64,000 bases of DNA from an uncultured Verrucomicrobiae bacterium. Its GTDB lineage: Bacteria > Verrucomicrobiota > Verrucomicrobiia > Limisphaerales > Palsa-1400. Made by a program: the position numbers and the translations under genes. Positions within the stretch are counted from its first letter, which is position 1. Each line of letters starts with the position of its first letter. The stretch is taken from the NCBI GenBank assembly GCA_963764165.1, contig CAVXRD010000004.1, positions 416,001-480,000 on the forward strand, in the 5' to 3' direction. Shown here piece by piece: positions 20,092 through 30,130 of this stretch. The notes beneath the pieces were generated by a model, which was not told where the DNA came from, made no database searches, and saw only the letters and a list, made by a program, of their open reading frames with translations.

Positions 20092-23000
20092 ATGGGTTTT
20101 AATTTGCAATCGCGGAGCGGCGTCTGCCGGTCGCTCGGTCGTTTCAAGATTCTCGCCGCGATCGTGTTCTTGTTTTCATTTTATTGGGCGCCCTCGGCGC
20201 AGGCGGAGCTGCAGATTCTTCGTGGCCACGTCCCGAAGCTTGTCGCTTCGGGCCTCAAATCGGTGGGGAGTCTTGATCCTACGAAGCGAATCGAGGTGTT
20301 GATCGGGCTGCCTTTAAGAAACGGCGGCGCGCTGACGAACCTGCTGGCCAGCCTCTATGATCCGTCGAGCGACTCATTCCATAAATTCCTGACTCCCGAG
20401 GAATTCTCGGAAAAATTCAGCCCCACTCCCAGCGATTACGATGCCGTGATTGCTTTCGCGAAAACAAGCGGTCTCACTGTGGCCGAGACTTTTGGAAATC
20501 GGACGCTCCTGCGTGTCAAAGGCACTGCCGCCGACATGGAACGCGTTTTTCACGTGAATCTGCGGCAGTACCCCCACCCCACCGAAAAACGGAATTTCTT
20601 TGCCCCTGATGCAGAGCCATCGGTCGATCTTGATGTCCCGCTGTCCGCGATCACCGGCTTGGATAATTTCGTCATCCCCCACCCGCAAAGTCTTCACCCA
20701 GCCAGGCACGACCCGGCGGTTCCCCTGGGCGGGTCGGCGCCTTCGGGCAACTATTGGGGCAATGATTTTCGCGCGGCTTACGTCCCGGGGACCTCTCTCA
20801 CGGGCGCGGGGCAAAAAATTGGCCTCTTCGAACTGGATGGCTACTACGCCAGTGACATCACAAGTTACGAATCCCATATAACCAGCATTCCCAGCGTGCC
20901 CCTGTCAAACATTTATGTTGACGGTTCAACCGGCAGTGTGGGCGCGGACACCGTCGAAGTTTCCCTGGATATTGAAGTCGCCATCGCGATGGCCCCCGGA
21001 CTTGCGGGCGTCATCGTCTACGAAGGGCCTAACGAGGACAATATTACCGCGCCCAATTCGGTGTTAAACTGCATGGCCACCAACAATGCAGCGAAGCAAC
21101 TAAGCTGTTCGTGGGGATTCAGCATCAACAATTCGACCGTCGCGGCTTTCCAGCAATTTGCCGCGCAGGGCCAGTCGTTTTTTCTTGCTTCGGGCGACAG
21201 CGGATCGTTCACAGGCGCGGCGCAACCGCCATCCGACGATCCTTATATAACGGTTGTCGGCGGCACCACTTTGACGACCAGCGGGCCGGCGGGATCGTGG
21301 GTTTCGGAAAAGGTTTGGAATTGGTACAACAGCGGCACCGGCACCAACGGCAGCACGGGAGGCATCAGCACGACTTACGGGATTCCTTCATGGCAAGCCC
21401 CCGTCAGCATGGCCTCCAACGGCGGATCGGCTACCATGCGAAATATTCCAGACGTCGCGCTCACGGCCGATAACATCTGGGTGATTGAAAACAACGGCAA
21501 AACGGAAGAAGTCGGCGGGACGAGCTGCGCCGCTCCGCTTTGGGCGGGGTTTACCGCCCTGGCGAATCAGCAGGCGGCGGCAAACCTGCGCTCGCCCGTG
21601 GGATTTCTGAACCCCGCCATTTACTCGCTCGGATTGGGCACAAATTACCCTGCGACATTTCACGATATCACGGTTGGCAACAATACAAACGCCGCGGTTC
21701 CGAATAAATTTTTCGCCACCGAGGGATACGATCTTTGCACTGGCTGGGGAACTCCCAAAGGCACTAATTTGATCAATGCGCTCGCCCCGGCCGCAACGGT
21801 TCCCATTATTACAGGCACGGCGGCGCTCCTCTCGGAAAGCTGCACTCCAACCAATGGCGCCATCGATCCAGGTGAAACGGTCACCATCAATCTGGTTTTG
21901 TCAAACAGTTCACCGGTCGCGACGAGCAATCTGGTGGCCACCTTGCAGCCCAGCGAAAACGTGATCGAGCCGTCGGGCACCGCAGCCGTTGGCGCCCTGG
22001 GGCTGGCGGCGGCAAGCCAGGCGTTCCCATTTACGTTCACCGCCGGCGGGACGTGCGGCCAGCCAATCTCACTGGTGTGGCAGCTTCAGGATGGCGCGGC
22101 CAATTTGGGTCTGATCACGAACACATTCAACCTCGGCTTGCTGATTGGCAGTGCCACGCTTTCGCAAAATTTCGATGCGGTTGCCGCCCCTGCCCTTCCC
22201 ACCGGATGGTCATCGACCGTTGTTTCCCAGCAAACGCCATGGGTGACGGTTTCCGGCGCCTACGATACGACGCCGAACTCGGCTTTCGCCAACGACCTGA
22301 CTACGCCAGGGATTTCCTACCTGTATTCTCCCGTAGTCCCGGTGGCTTCAACGAATGCGCAATTAACGTTCCGCCAAAATTTCAATACTGAATATGGCGC
22401 GGCGGTCGTTAATAACCAGGTGGTCTACGATTATTACGACGGAGGCGACCTTCAAATTTCCATCGGCGGGGGCAGTTTTAGGGACATTATCAGCGCCGGC
22501 GGAATGTTTGTCTCAGGCGGTTATACCTCGTCCCTTTATGTCGGCTCGGGCAACCCTATGGGAGGCAGCAATGTGTGGAGCGGAAACTCGGGCGGCTGGA
22601 TCACAACGACTTTGTATCTTCCACCCTCCGCCACCGGGCAAAACGTGCAGTTCCGCTGGGCTTTTGCCACCGACGAGGGAAATTCCATCAGCGTGACCGG
22701 CTGGTACATTGATTCTGTTGCCCTAGCCGACGAATCGTATTCGTGCTGCGGAGACACCGCAAAACTCGCCATCAGCCAATCGTCCAGCCCGCTGCCATTC
22801 ACCGCTGGGCTGACCGGCACTTATGCTATTACAGTGACAAACGCAGGGCCCGATTTGGCCGCGGATGTGGTTATCACAGACACTCTGCCTTCTAACGTAA
22901 CATTCGTCTCGGCCACCGACGGCGGATACTACACGAACGGAATAGTGACATGGCCCGTCGGCGCCCTTTTGAGCGGCACCGCAGCGTCCGTCAGCGTCTC

Positions 23001-23595
23001 CGTTTTGCCGGGAAGCGCGGGCGTCCTAACCAATACCGCTTCCGCCTCGACAGTCACTCCCACGACGTCTGCCATTGCGCCGGTGCAAGAATTCACAACG
23101 GTTGAAATCGCGCTAAGCATCAATTTGCAACCGACCAACGCCGAGACTCTCGCCGGTGGGACAGTGGCATTCCAAGTCGGCGCTGCCGGAAGCTCCCCCC
23201 TGACCTATCAATGGTATTTCGACGCGACAAATCTCATAGACGGTGCCACCAGCGCGCAATTGACGCTAACCAACATCCAGCCTTCCCAAGCCGGAATGTA
23301 TTCAGTGGTTGTCAGCAGCGGAACAAGTTCGCTTGACAGCGCAACCGCATCGCTCAAAGTCCTCACCGCGCCAACGATTCCGCCGGGTGGTCTTAGGGTG
23401 GCGGGCGGCATCGTTTCGCTGCAGGTCAACAGCTACGTTGGCCTGACTTACATGCTGGCATACAAGAATTTCCTAACCGATCCCGCATGGACTCCCATTC
23501 CTTCCTCCGTTGCCGATGGAACAGGAGGAGTTATCACGTTGCAGGATCTGAGTGGAACTAAGAGCCAGCGATTTTATCAAATCGTGGCGTATTAA
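20092..23595 (+). CDS. Secreted S53 (sedolisin/kumamolisin-like) protease with pro-domain, DUF11-like and Ig-like domains
   Basis: EVSLDIE, ASGDSG, GGTSCAAP, GYDLCTGWGTP; TNAGPD..ITDTLP; PLTYQWY; C-terminal RFYQI. Confidence 0.92.
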   Translation: MGFNLQSRSGVCRSLGRFKILAAIVFLFSFYWAPSAQAELQILRGHVPKLVASGLKSVGSLDPTKRIEVLIGLPLRNGGALTNLLASLYDPSSDSFHKFLTPEEFSEKFSPTPSDYDAVIAFAKTSGLTVAETFGNRTLLRVKGTAADMERVFHVNLRQYPHPTEKRNFFAPDAEPSVDLDVPLSAITGLDNFVIPHPQSLHPARHDPAVPLGGSAPSGNYWGNDFRAAYVPGTSLTGAGQKIGLFELDGYYASDITSYESHITSIPSVPLSNIYVDGSTGSVGADTVEVSLDIEVAIAMAPGLAGVIVYEGPNEDNITAPNSVLNCMATNNAAKQLSCSWGFSINNSTVAAFQQFAAQGQSFFLASGDSGSFTGAAQPPSDDPYITVVGGTTLTTSGPAGSWVSEKVWNWYNSGTGTNGSTGGISTTYGIPSWQAPVSMASNGGSATMRNIPDVALTADNIWVIENNGKTEEVGGTSCAAPLWAGFTALANQQAAANLRSPVGFLNPAIYSLGLGTNYPATFHDITVGNNTNAAVPNKFFATEGYDLCTGWGTPKGTNLINALAPAATVPIITGTAALLSESCTPTNGAIDPGETVTINLVLSNSSPVATSNLVATLQPSENVIEPSGTAAVGALGLAAASQAFPFTFTAGGTCGQPISLVWQLQDGAANLGLITNTFNLGLLIGSATLSQNFDAVAAPALPTGWSSTVVSQQTPWVTVSGAYDTTPNSAFANDLTTPGISYLYSPVVPVASTNAQLTFRQNFNTEYGAAVVNNQVVYDYYDGGDLQISIGGGSFRDIISAGGMFVSGGYTSSLYVGSGNPMGGSNVWSGNSGGWITTTLYLPPSATGQNVQFRWAFATDEGNSISVTGWYIDSVALADESYSCCGDTAKLAISQSSSPLPFTAGLTGTYAITVTNAGPDLAADVVITDTLPSNVTFVSATDGGYYTNGIVTWPVGALLSGTAASVSVSVLPGSAGVLTNTASASTVTPTTSAIAPVQEFTTVEIALSINLQPTNAETLAGGTVAFQVGAAGSSPLTYQWYFDATNLIDGATSAQLTLTNIQPSQAGMYSVVVSSGTSSLDSATASLKVLTAPTIPPGGLRVAGGIVSLQVNSYVGLTYMLAYKNFLTDPAWTPIPSSVADGTGGVITLQDLSGTKSQRFYQIVAY

Positions 23596-23659
23596 CCCAC
23601 TCTCGGCAGGGCGGGACTCTCGTGGCCAAGGCAGACGCATCTTGATTTGGATTGCGGAA

Positions 23660-23799
23660 GATGCGGTCGGCGGGGCGCCGACCGCGACACGCGGGGGCGC
23701 GTGTGCTCCCCCGAAAGGGAATTCACGCCACGACCACTCCTATGTCTTGGGAGCGCACGCGCCTCCGCGTGCAGCGGGACGCGCCCCGCGTCCCGCATC
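23660..23799. repeat. Inverted pair of 51-bp double-hairpin REP-like units
   Basis: Units 23660-23710 and 23749-23799 are reverse complements with compensatory stem changes. Confidence 0.8.
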
Positions 23800-23877
23800 A
23801 GACGCTTCTGAAACCAAATGCGTCTCCCGCGCTCTCGTGGACTTGACGGACCGGACGTTTTAAGGAATCCTTAAAAC

Positions 23878-24108
23878 GTGAAAGATTTGGGTACGATGAC
23901 TGTCTCCAAAGTCGGCCAGAGCACACTTCCTAAGTGGTGGCGAGATGCCTCTGGCTTGTCTCGCGGTGGTGTGGTCGAGGTGCGGCCTATGCGCGACGGC
24001 AAAAACAGCATCGTGCTGACCCCCAAGCCCGCCAGACGTCGCGGCGCGGTCGGGCTGCTTCAGCTTTTCGCGAAATGCCCGCTTCCAATCCCGCCGCCGA
24101 ACCGGTGA
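23878..24108 (+). CDS. AbrB/MazE/SpoVT-family DNA-binding protein (antitoxin-like)
   Basis: MTVSKVGQSTLPKWWRDASGL..VEV..IVLTP pattern. Confidence 0.75.
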   Translation: MKDLGTMTVSKVGQSTLPKWWRDASGLSRGGVVEVRPMRDGKNSIVLTPKPARRRGAVGLLQLFAKCPLPIPPPNR

Positions 24109-24685
24109 ACTGCCATTCAACTGAGTTTCCTGATCGACACGGACTTGTGAGCACGCTAGCCCAAGCGGCAATGAGCGGTTCAAAATCGCGGCATCTGCCG
24201 CCTGAAATTGCCTTTCTCACTCTGAGGTTTCACGATTGACCTCCCCTCGTTGCCTCGCTACTCTTTGCTAGGAGAGGTTGTTTATGACTGCGAGGACGCG
24301 AAAACGTTTGTGGATTGCTGTCGGGACGATTGGCGTCTGTGTTCTTCTTTTTGCTTACAAAGAGCGTGATTCTTGCCGTTGCCAAGTGTGTTTTGCGACC
24401 AAAGATGTTTATCAGTGGAGGATCGGCGCTTGGTTTGAGCCCTCTCTTCCCCTCAGTCCGAAGTGGGAACGAGTCGCAGAAACGCATTTTGGACGCGATT
24501 TTCTTCCGACGGACCACACCCACCAGTGGCAGTTTGCCCAAGGTTCGCCCTTTTATTTTGTAGGATTGAAATGGGGCGGCTGTGCCATCGGCCCAGGCCG
24601 GCGCGTGAGCGATCTTTGCCGGGTGTACGAGTCGAGTGAAGACTTTCGGAAATTCATCCACGCCAAGCTGGAGGATGGTTCTCTA

Positions 24686-25508
24686 GGGCCTGTTAACACT
24701 AACGTAACGCCTCCACGATGAGCGCGAGGACGACGAATCCGGAGTACAACGCATCCAATTTGTCGAAGCGACTGAAGACTCGGCGGTAGCTTTTGAGTCG
24801 GCGAAAAAGCCGTTCAATCTCATTGCGGCGTCGGTAAAGGGTTTGGTCATACTCCCACGGATTTAAGCGTCGGGGGTTAGGAGGAACCACTGGAGCGTAG
24901 CCCAATTCCCGCGCCTGTTGCAGAGTCTCGTCCCCTTCATAGGCGCTGTCCATGATGAGTGGAAGCCCTGCCGGAACCGGCCCGCCCGCCTGCAAAAGCT
25001 CGCGTCCTTGCGGCGCGTCCCCCGCCTGGCCGGGGGAAAGCTTGAGCATTAAGGCGCACTGGGCATTCGCGGCAACCAGATGAATTTTGGTGGTGCAACC
25101 GCCTCGGGAGCGCCCGATGGCCTGTGGGCCGTTTTTTTTAGCGCCCCGGTGCCGTCGGGGTGAACCTTGATCGTCGTGCTGTCCAAGCAGACTTGCTCGA
25201 TCCGGATCGCCAGGATTTGCTCCTGCTGGAGCCGGGCGAAGACTCGATCCAGCACGCCCGCTTTGCTCCAGCGGTTCATGCGGGTGTAGATCGTATGCCA
25301 GTTGCCAAAATGTTTTGGCAGGCCGCGCCATTTGCACCCATGCTCCACCACATAGAGCAGGGCGTTGAGAAGTTGCAGATTGGTCATGCTCACGTTGCCG
25401 CGCTGCCGCGGCAGACAATCAGCAACCCGCTGATATTGACTCTCTGTAAGCTCCACCCAGCCATTTTGCCTTGTCGCCTATAAAATGTCAATTAGTGTTA
25501 ACAGGCCC
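24686..25508 (-). mobile_element. IS5-family insertion sequence (IS427-like, 823 bp)
   Basis: Perfect 17-bp TIRs GGGCCTGTTAACACTAA / TTAGTGTTAACAGGCCC flanked by TA on both sides. Confidence 0.92.
24699..25456 (-). CDS. IS5-family transposase in two frames joined at an A8 tract (25132-25139)
   Basis: orfA GCKWRGLP..GNWHTIY..DSTTIKVH; orfB IGRSRGG.TTKIH, MDSAY, RNEIERLFRRLK. Confidence 0.88.
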
Positions 25509-25676
25509 TAACCCAATCGAATTTAATCGCATTAATGGGTATTGCCGACACTCGGGATATGACACCAATAAAGAGCCAATCGACTACGTTATTAGATGCA
25601 TTTTTTCGACAGTAACCATTTCATCTTGCGCGAAGATTCAGACGGCTATCTGGTTTCAATCCAGCACGTTAAAGAG

Positions 25677-25791
25677 TTATCCACAAGGTGCGCATTAGTA
25701 TGTCATGCTTCATACATTGTGCGAAAGTGCGATGTGTGGAAAACTCCGGGGCGATGTCAAACACGTTATCCATCCCACCTCGTTATCCACC
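25677..25791. promoter_or_regulatory. Cluster of DnaA-box-like 9-mers
   Basis: TTATCCACA 25677, TGTGGAAAA 25735, TTATCCATC 25766, TTATCCACC 25783. Confidence 0.35.
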
Positions 25792-27159
25792 GTTCTCCTT
25801 GTAGGGCCACGAATTTGTATAGCGCGACCAAACTAGAAACGCGATGACTCCAATCCCAAGCGCCGCCAACGACCAATTGCGCGGCACCTTGTCCGTCTCC
25901 ACAAACACAAAGCACCACCCCACGAGTGCCACCAGCGCAGGCAGCGGATAAAGCCAGATGCGGAATGGGCGCGGCATGTCCGGCTTCGTCCGGCGCAGCA
26001 GCATGACAGCGCCGATCTGGCCGATGAATTGCACAATGATTCTAAACGCAACCAAAGTGTCGATGAGCGTGCCAAGACTGAAAAAGCTGGCCACCACCGA
26101 CAGCGCGACTATCAGCGTTAGTGAAATATGGGGAAAGTCCTTCGTGGGGTGCAGCCGCGCGAAAATGCGGAAGAATCCGCCATCCCGCGCCGCCGCAAAT
26201 GGCACGCGCGAATAACCCAGCATCAACGTGAAAATGGAACCGACCGCCGTCCAAACAATCAGAATCGAAATGATTTTCGCCGTCGTCGACCCCCAGATTT
26301 TCTCCGCGAACATGGCACCCACAGCCGCGTCCGGCTTGGCCACGATTTCCTTCCACGGCAGCACGCCGATGATCGACAAATTCATTGTCAAATAGATCGC
26401 GGCCACCACCACCAGGCTGATGATGATGGAGCGAGGAATGGTTTTGCCCGGCTGGCGGACTTCCTCGGCGATGTAACAGACATCGTAATATCCCATGTAA
26501 TCGTAGATGCCGATGCTGGTGGCCGCGCCGAGGCCGGACAGGAATCCGAGCGAAAAGTCAAAGGCATGCGGCGGAAATGAAAAGGCCGTCTTGGAATCGA
26601 AATGGGAAACGCCCCCGAAAATGACCGCCAGCACCGTCACCATTGTTCCCGCCCACAGCACGACCGTAAGTTTGCCCACCGACCCAATGCGGCGATAAAG
26701 GAGCCAGAAAAGCAGCCCCGTCAATACGACATTGATGACGTTCATTTGCGCCGCCGTGACGTCTTTGCCAATCAGGTAAGCCAGATATTGCTTGAGGCCG
26801 ATGAAGCCGGTTCCGATCTCCATCGGGCCGCTAATAATCAATTGCCAGATGAACAAAAACGCCATCAACCGCCCCCACTTCTCCCGTCCAAAGCCCTCCC
26901 GCAGCCACGTATAAGTCCCGCCCGCCACCGGCATCGCCGCGCTCAATTCCGACCAAATCAACCCGTCCGGCAAAACGATCAGCAGGCTGGCGATCCAGCC
27001 CAGCATGCATTGGGGGCCGCCGCCATTAATCGTAGCCATCATGGTAGGGATGGTGATGAAAGGCCCAACCCCGATCATTTGAGTGATGTTCAGCGCGGAC
27101 GCCTGCAGCAGCCCAAATTTGCGGACGAGATGGTGTTCGCTTGACGGCGTTTCGCTCAC
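25783..27159 (-). CDS. APC family amino acid permease
   Basis: MIGVGPF, WSELSAAMPVAGGTY, multiple TMs, RPFRIWLYP; start taken as GTG 27159. Confidence 0.9.
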   Translation of the reverse strand: MSETPSSEHHLVRKFGLLQASALNITQMIGVGPFITIPTMMATINGGGPQCMLGWIASLLIVLPDGLIWSELSAAMPVAGGTYTWLREGFGREKWGRLMAFLFIWQLIISGPMEIGTGFIGLKQYLAYLIGKDVTAAQMNVINVVLTGLLFWLLYRRIGSVGKLTVVLWAGTMVTVLAVIFGGVSHFDSKTAFSFPPHAFDFSLGFLSGLGAATSIGIYDYMGYYDVCYIAEEVRQPGKTIPRSIIISLVVVAAIYLTMNLSIIGVLPWKEIVAKPDAAVGAMFAEKIWGSTTAKIISILIVWTAVGSIFTLMLGYSRVPFAAARDGGFFRIFARLHPTKDFPHISLTLIVALSVVASFFSLGTLIDTLVAFRIIVQFIGQIGAVMLLRRTKPDMPRPFRIWLYPLPALVALVGWCFVFVETDKVPRNWSLAALGIGVIAFLVWSRYTNSWPYKENGG

Positions 27160-27227
27160 GGGGCCGAACGATACCGAACGCCCGGCCCGGGTAAAAGGGA
27201 ATATATTGGAAGCCTGCGCGAACGCAG

Positions 27228-27385
27228 CCGTCACAGGCCGTCACACAATCCCATGGCCCGGCCCGGCGGAAAATCACTCCACCGATATAGGACGGGCGGT
27301 TTTGTGACGGCTCTGTGTGAGGGTTTGTGACGGTATTTGTGACGATTTAAGTCGTTGATTGCCAACATTGTGACGGGTGTGACGG
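27228..27385. repeat. TGTGACGG octamer array with IHF consensus site
   Basis: Reverse copies 27228, 27238; forward copies 27303, 27326, 27338 (1 mismatch), 27369, 27378; TAAGTCGTTGATT 27348-27360. Confidence 0.7.
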
Positions 27386-27612
27386 CTTTTTAGGGGGGTG
27401 TATATGCATATGCCTCTCAAATGGCCGTTTCGCTTTCCCTGCAACGGGCACGGTCCGACAAAAACATTGACCCTCATATCACCTAATCTCAGCAAATATC
27501 AGCAAATCGCACCAAATGTCACCAATCTGAAAAAGCGCGGTTCCAGCCGATAATCCCAAATGTTTTGCGATTGACTGATGCGAGCGGGACTGCGGCATGA
27601 TATGGTACGAAT

Positions 27613-28068
27613 ATGAATTTGGAAGAGAAACAACGGCTGCAGGTCGCAGCCTGGATCGAGGAAGGCCTCAAATTGGCCGAGATCCAGAAGCGGTTGGAGA
27701 CGGAATTGGGCCTGCGCATGACTTACCTCGAGGTGCGCCTGCTGGTGGATGACTTGAAATTGAAACCCAAGGATCCCGCGCCTCCCCCCTCCCCTGTGCC
27801 CGCTCCCGGGGAAGTCCCGAAGCCTGAAACCGCCGCCGCAGCGCCGCCGCCGGGACGGGTCTCTGTCTCGGTGGATCAATTGGCGCGTCCTGGCGCTTTG
27901 GTCAGCGGCAAAGTGACTTTCACCGACGGCAAATCCGCCGATTGGGTCCTCGACCAAAGCGGACGGCTGGGCCTTGTGCCCGCTGAAAAAGGCTACAAAC
28001 CGCCCGCAGCCGACGTGCAGGAATTCCAAATCGCCCTGCAGCAGGAATTGCAAAAACTGGGGATGTAA
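27613..28068 (+). CDS. Hypothetical protein (HTH-like N-term, Pro linker, C-terminal domain)
   Basis: 151-aa ORF abutting pgl, globular-looking two-domain sequence. Confidence 0.8.
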   Translation: MNLEEKQRLQVAAWIEEGLKLAEIQKRLETELGLRMTYLEVRLLVDDLKLKPKDPAPPPSPVPAPGEVPKPETAAAAPPPGRVSVSVDQLARPGALVSGKVTFTDGKSADWVLDQSGRLGLVPAEKGYKPPAADVQEFQIALQQELQKLGM

Positions 28069-28788
28069 ATGGCGGCGCCGTTTGAAATTAGGAAGTTCGC
28101 GGACGACAAGGCGCTTTCAGCGGCTGCGGCGCGCGATTGGCTGGAGTTGGTAAAACAGTCCACGGGCCGTTATTCGGTGGCGTTTTCGGGCGGCCGCATT
28201 GCGAAGACTTTTTTCCAGGAAGTTGCCAAATTAGCGGCCGCAAATCCGAACTTGCTGGCGAATGTTCACTATTTCTGGACTGACGAGCGTTGCGTACCAC
28301 CGTCCGACCCCGAAAGCAACTTCCGGCTGGCGAAAGAGAATTTGTTCGACCCGATCGGCGCGCCTGAAGGCAACATTCACCGGCTCAAAGGAGAATTGCC
28401 GCCCGTCGAGGCCGTCTCCGACGCAATTCGCGAGGTGAAGGCCACGCTCCCCTCGCCTCCTTCGGAAATCCCGGCGTTCGACATGATTTTTCTCGGCATG
28501 GGAGAAGACGGCCACATCGCCTCCCTGATGCCCAATGCGAAGGCGTCCGTGCTGGAATGCCGCGAAGTCTTTGTCCACGTCGACAATTCACCCAAGCCGC
28601 CGCCCAATCGTTTGACCATGACGTATCCGGTTCTTGCCAAGGCAAAGAACGTTTGGGCGCTGGTGGCCAGCGCCGGAAAAACCAAGGCTTTGCGTGAATC
28701 AATGTCACCCGGGGGCGGCACGCCTTTTGCCCGCGTTCTCCGCTCCCGCGCCAAAAGTATTGTCTATACGGATTTGAACGAAGGTTGA
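28069..28788 (+). CDS. pgl: 6-phosphogluconolactonase
   Basis: FSGG, DERCVP..SNF, LGMGEDGHIAS, SPKPPPNRLTMT. Confidence 0.92.
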   Translation: MAAPFEIRKFADDKALSAAAARDWLELVKQSTGRYSVAFSGGRIAKTFFQEVAKLAAANPNLLANVHYFWTDERCVPPSDPESNFRLAKENLFDPIGAPEGNIHRLKGELPPVEAVSDAIREVKATLPSPPSEIPAFDMIFLGMGEDGHIASLMPNAKASVLECREVFVHVDNSPKPPPNRLTMTYPVLAKAKNVWALVASAGKTKALRESMSPGGGTPFARVLRSRAKSIVYTDLNEG

Positions 28789-28813
28789 ATTTTGAGCTTC
28801 TTAGCAGGCTCAA

Positions 28814-28890
28814 AATCAACGGCTTAAGTGGGGTGGCCGGAATTCGCGGGAACTTAAATATACCCGCCTTTATACACGCTTTTTGTATAA
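28814..28890. other. Candidate prophage attachment site
   Basis: IHF consensus AATCAACGGCTTA 28814-28826 and TTATACA-N7-TGTATAA 28870-28890 at host/phage boundary. Confidence 0.45.
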
Positions 28891-28911
28891 GCGATCTTTG
28901 CCCTCTGCCCT

Positions 28912-29133
28912 TTATTGCTGGCCGGCTTCGCGGATGATTTTTGTGGCTTCACTGGTTCGGCCAGTGGCGTGGCCGATGGCGTAAATGGACATCGCCAGGA
29001 ATTCGTTTTCCAGATGCACCTCGAGGCCCATTAGCTTTGTGCCCTCGGTTGCTCGCAGGTAGGAGGCGCGGGCGCGGCGCTTGGCTTCTTCCTGGATCGA
29101 AGCGGCGGCCTTCGATTGTTCGTCCGCTGTCAT
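28912..29133 (-). CDS. Phage hypothetical protein
   Basis: Last ORF of leftward gene string. Confidence 0.6.
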   Translation of the reverse strand: MTADEQSKAAASIQEEAKRRARASYLRATEGTKLMGLEVHLENEFLAMSIYAIGHATGRTSEATKIIREAGQQ

Positions 29134-29145
29134 ACTTCAGGCATA

Positions 29146-29628
29146 TTAGCGGACGGGGATTAGGGAGCGCGGCGTCGCGCCGATCGCGGCGTAGAAGAAG
29201 CCTTGCTTGGCCGGCCATGGCACCGGCTCGCGCAATCTGCGGACATTTCCCACGCGCCAGGCGAAGCGGCCGGGACTGAAATCTCCAAACACCTTCGCGG
29301 CGCGACGTTGGGCTTTGGTGAGCTTTTCAACGGGGATGCAATCGACGAGCTCGCAGATCCCGATGATCGCGCCAAAAGGCAAATCGTCGATCGTGACGAT
29401 TCGCGCCGGTCGGCGGTGCAGATTCAACGGCAGGCCCAGGAGCGGGGCGAGGCCGCGCTGATAACAGCGCAGGCCCAAGTAAATTTCCATCTCGCGCTTA
29501 ACGTAGCGTTGCGCGGCGTGGATCAGGAGGGGTCCGCGAAATTTGGTGGACCAGCCGCGGGTCTCGAAGATCTTCGCGCCGGTCACCAGCAAAGAGCCGT
29601 GCGGCTGCCACATGGAAATTGCGCGCAT
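29146..29628 (-). CDS. ASCH domain protein
   Basis: MRAISMWQP..G.K.FETR.W...RGPLLIHA. Confidence 0.88.
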   Translation of the reverse strand: MRAISMWQPHGSLLVTGAKIFETRGWSTKFRGPLLIHAAQRYVKREMEIYLGLRCYQRGLAPLLGLPLNLHRRPARIVTIDDLPFGAIIGICELVDCIPVEKLTKAQRRAAKVFGDFSPGRFAWRVGNVRRLREPVPWPAKQGFFYAAIGATPRSLIPVR

Positions 29629-29631
29629 GTG

Positions 29632-30126
29632 TCAACTCGATTTTTCGGGGAGGAGGAGCGCGGCGCCGCTGGCTTTGACTCGCTGCCATAAGGTTTCTTT
29701 GCCGTCCCAAATGTAGGGGAGGAAAGCTTCGCGGAAATCGGCTTGCTGCAGTTGGATCTTGCTCATCTGGATTTCAACTTCGTTGAGGCAAATTTTCCAG
29801 GCGGTGCGTTTCGCCTGTTCGTCAAATTCGTGGCGCCTCTTTTTCTTCTGGCTCGGATAGGCGGTTTGTGTTCCGTCTGCGGTGAGCTTGTCAGCGCCGA
29901 CGTAATCTTTCCAAAGAGCATCCCGGCAGGCGCGGATATCTGGTGATAGGCGAATCGCGCATTTCACCCCGGCAATTTCAACGTGAAATACCAGCGAGGC
30001 TATTTCGCCTGGTGTCGGGGTGTATTGCTTCGTGATGCCGGAGACGCCGCACTGAATCAAGATTCGCTCGATGGCGGCGATGCTCTGACTCGCCGGGACT
30101 TCGCTGGTGTAGTTTTTAAGGAACAT
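29632..30126 (-). CDS. Phage hypothetical protein
   Basis: KNYTSEVP..SI..IE..L, QA.RTAW, EAFLPY; tightly packed. Confidence 0.75.
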   Translation of the reverse strand: MFLKNYTSEVPASQSIAAIERILIQCGVSGITKQYTPTPGEIASLVFHVEIAGVKCAIRLSPDIRACRDALWKDYVGADKLTADGTQTAYPSQKKKRRHEFDEQAKRTAWKICLNEVEIQMSKIQLQQADFREAFLPYIWDGKETLWQRVKASGAALLLPEKSS

Positions 30127-30130
30127 AATT

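Larger units (their letters stand above)
24284..25615 (+). pseudogene. Small exported CxxC protein gene interrupted by IS
   Basis: Removing the IS and one TA restores frame: ...EDGSL|TQSNLIALMGIADTRDMTPIKSQSTTLLDAFFRQ-stop at 25613-25615. Confidence 0.8.

Noticed and set aside
25687..25714. dif-like site GGTGCGCATTA
   Set aside because: XerC-like arm matches but the XerD arm is poor and needs a 5-nt spacer
28790..28910. tRNA at the integration site
   Set aside because: No cloverleaf or T-loop GTTCRA found
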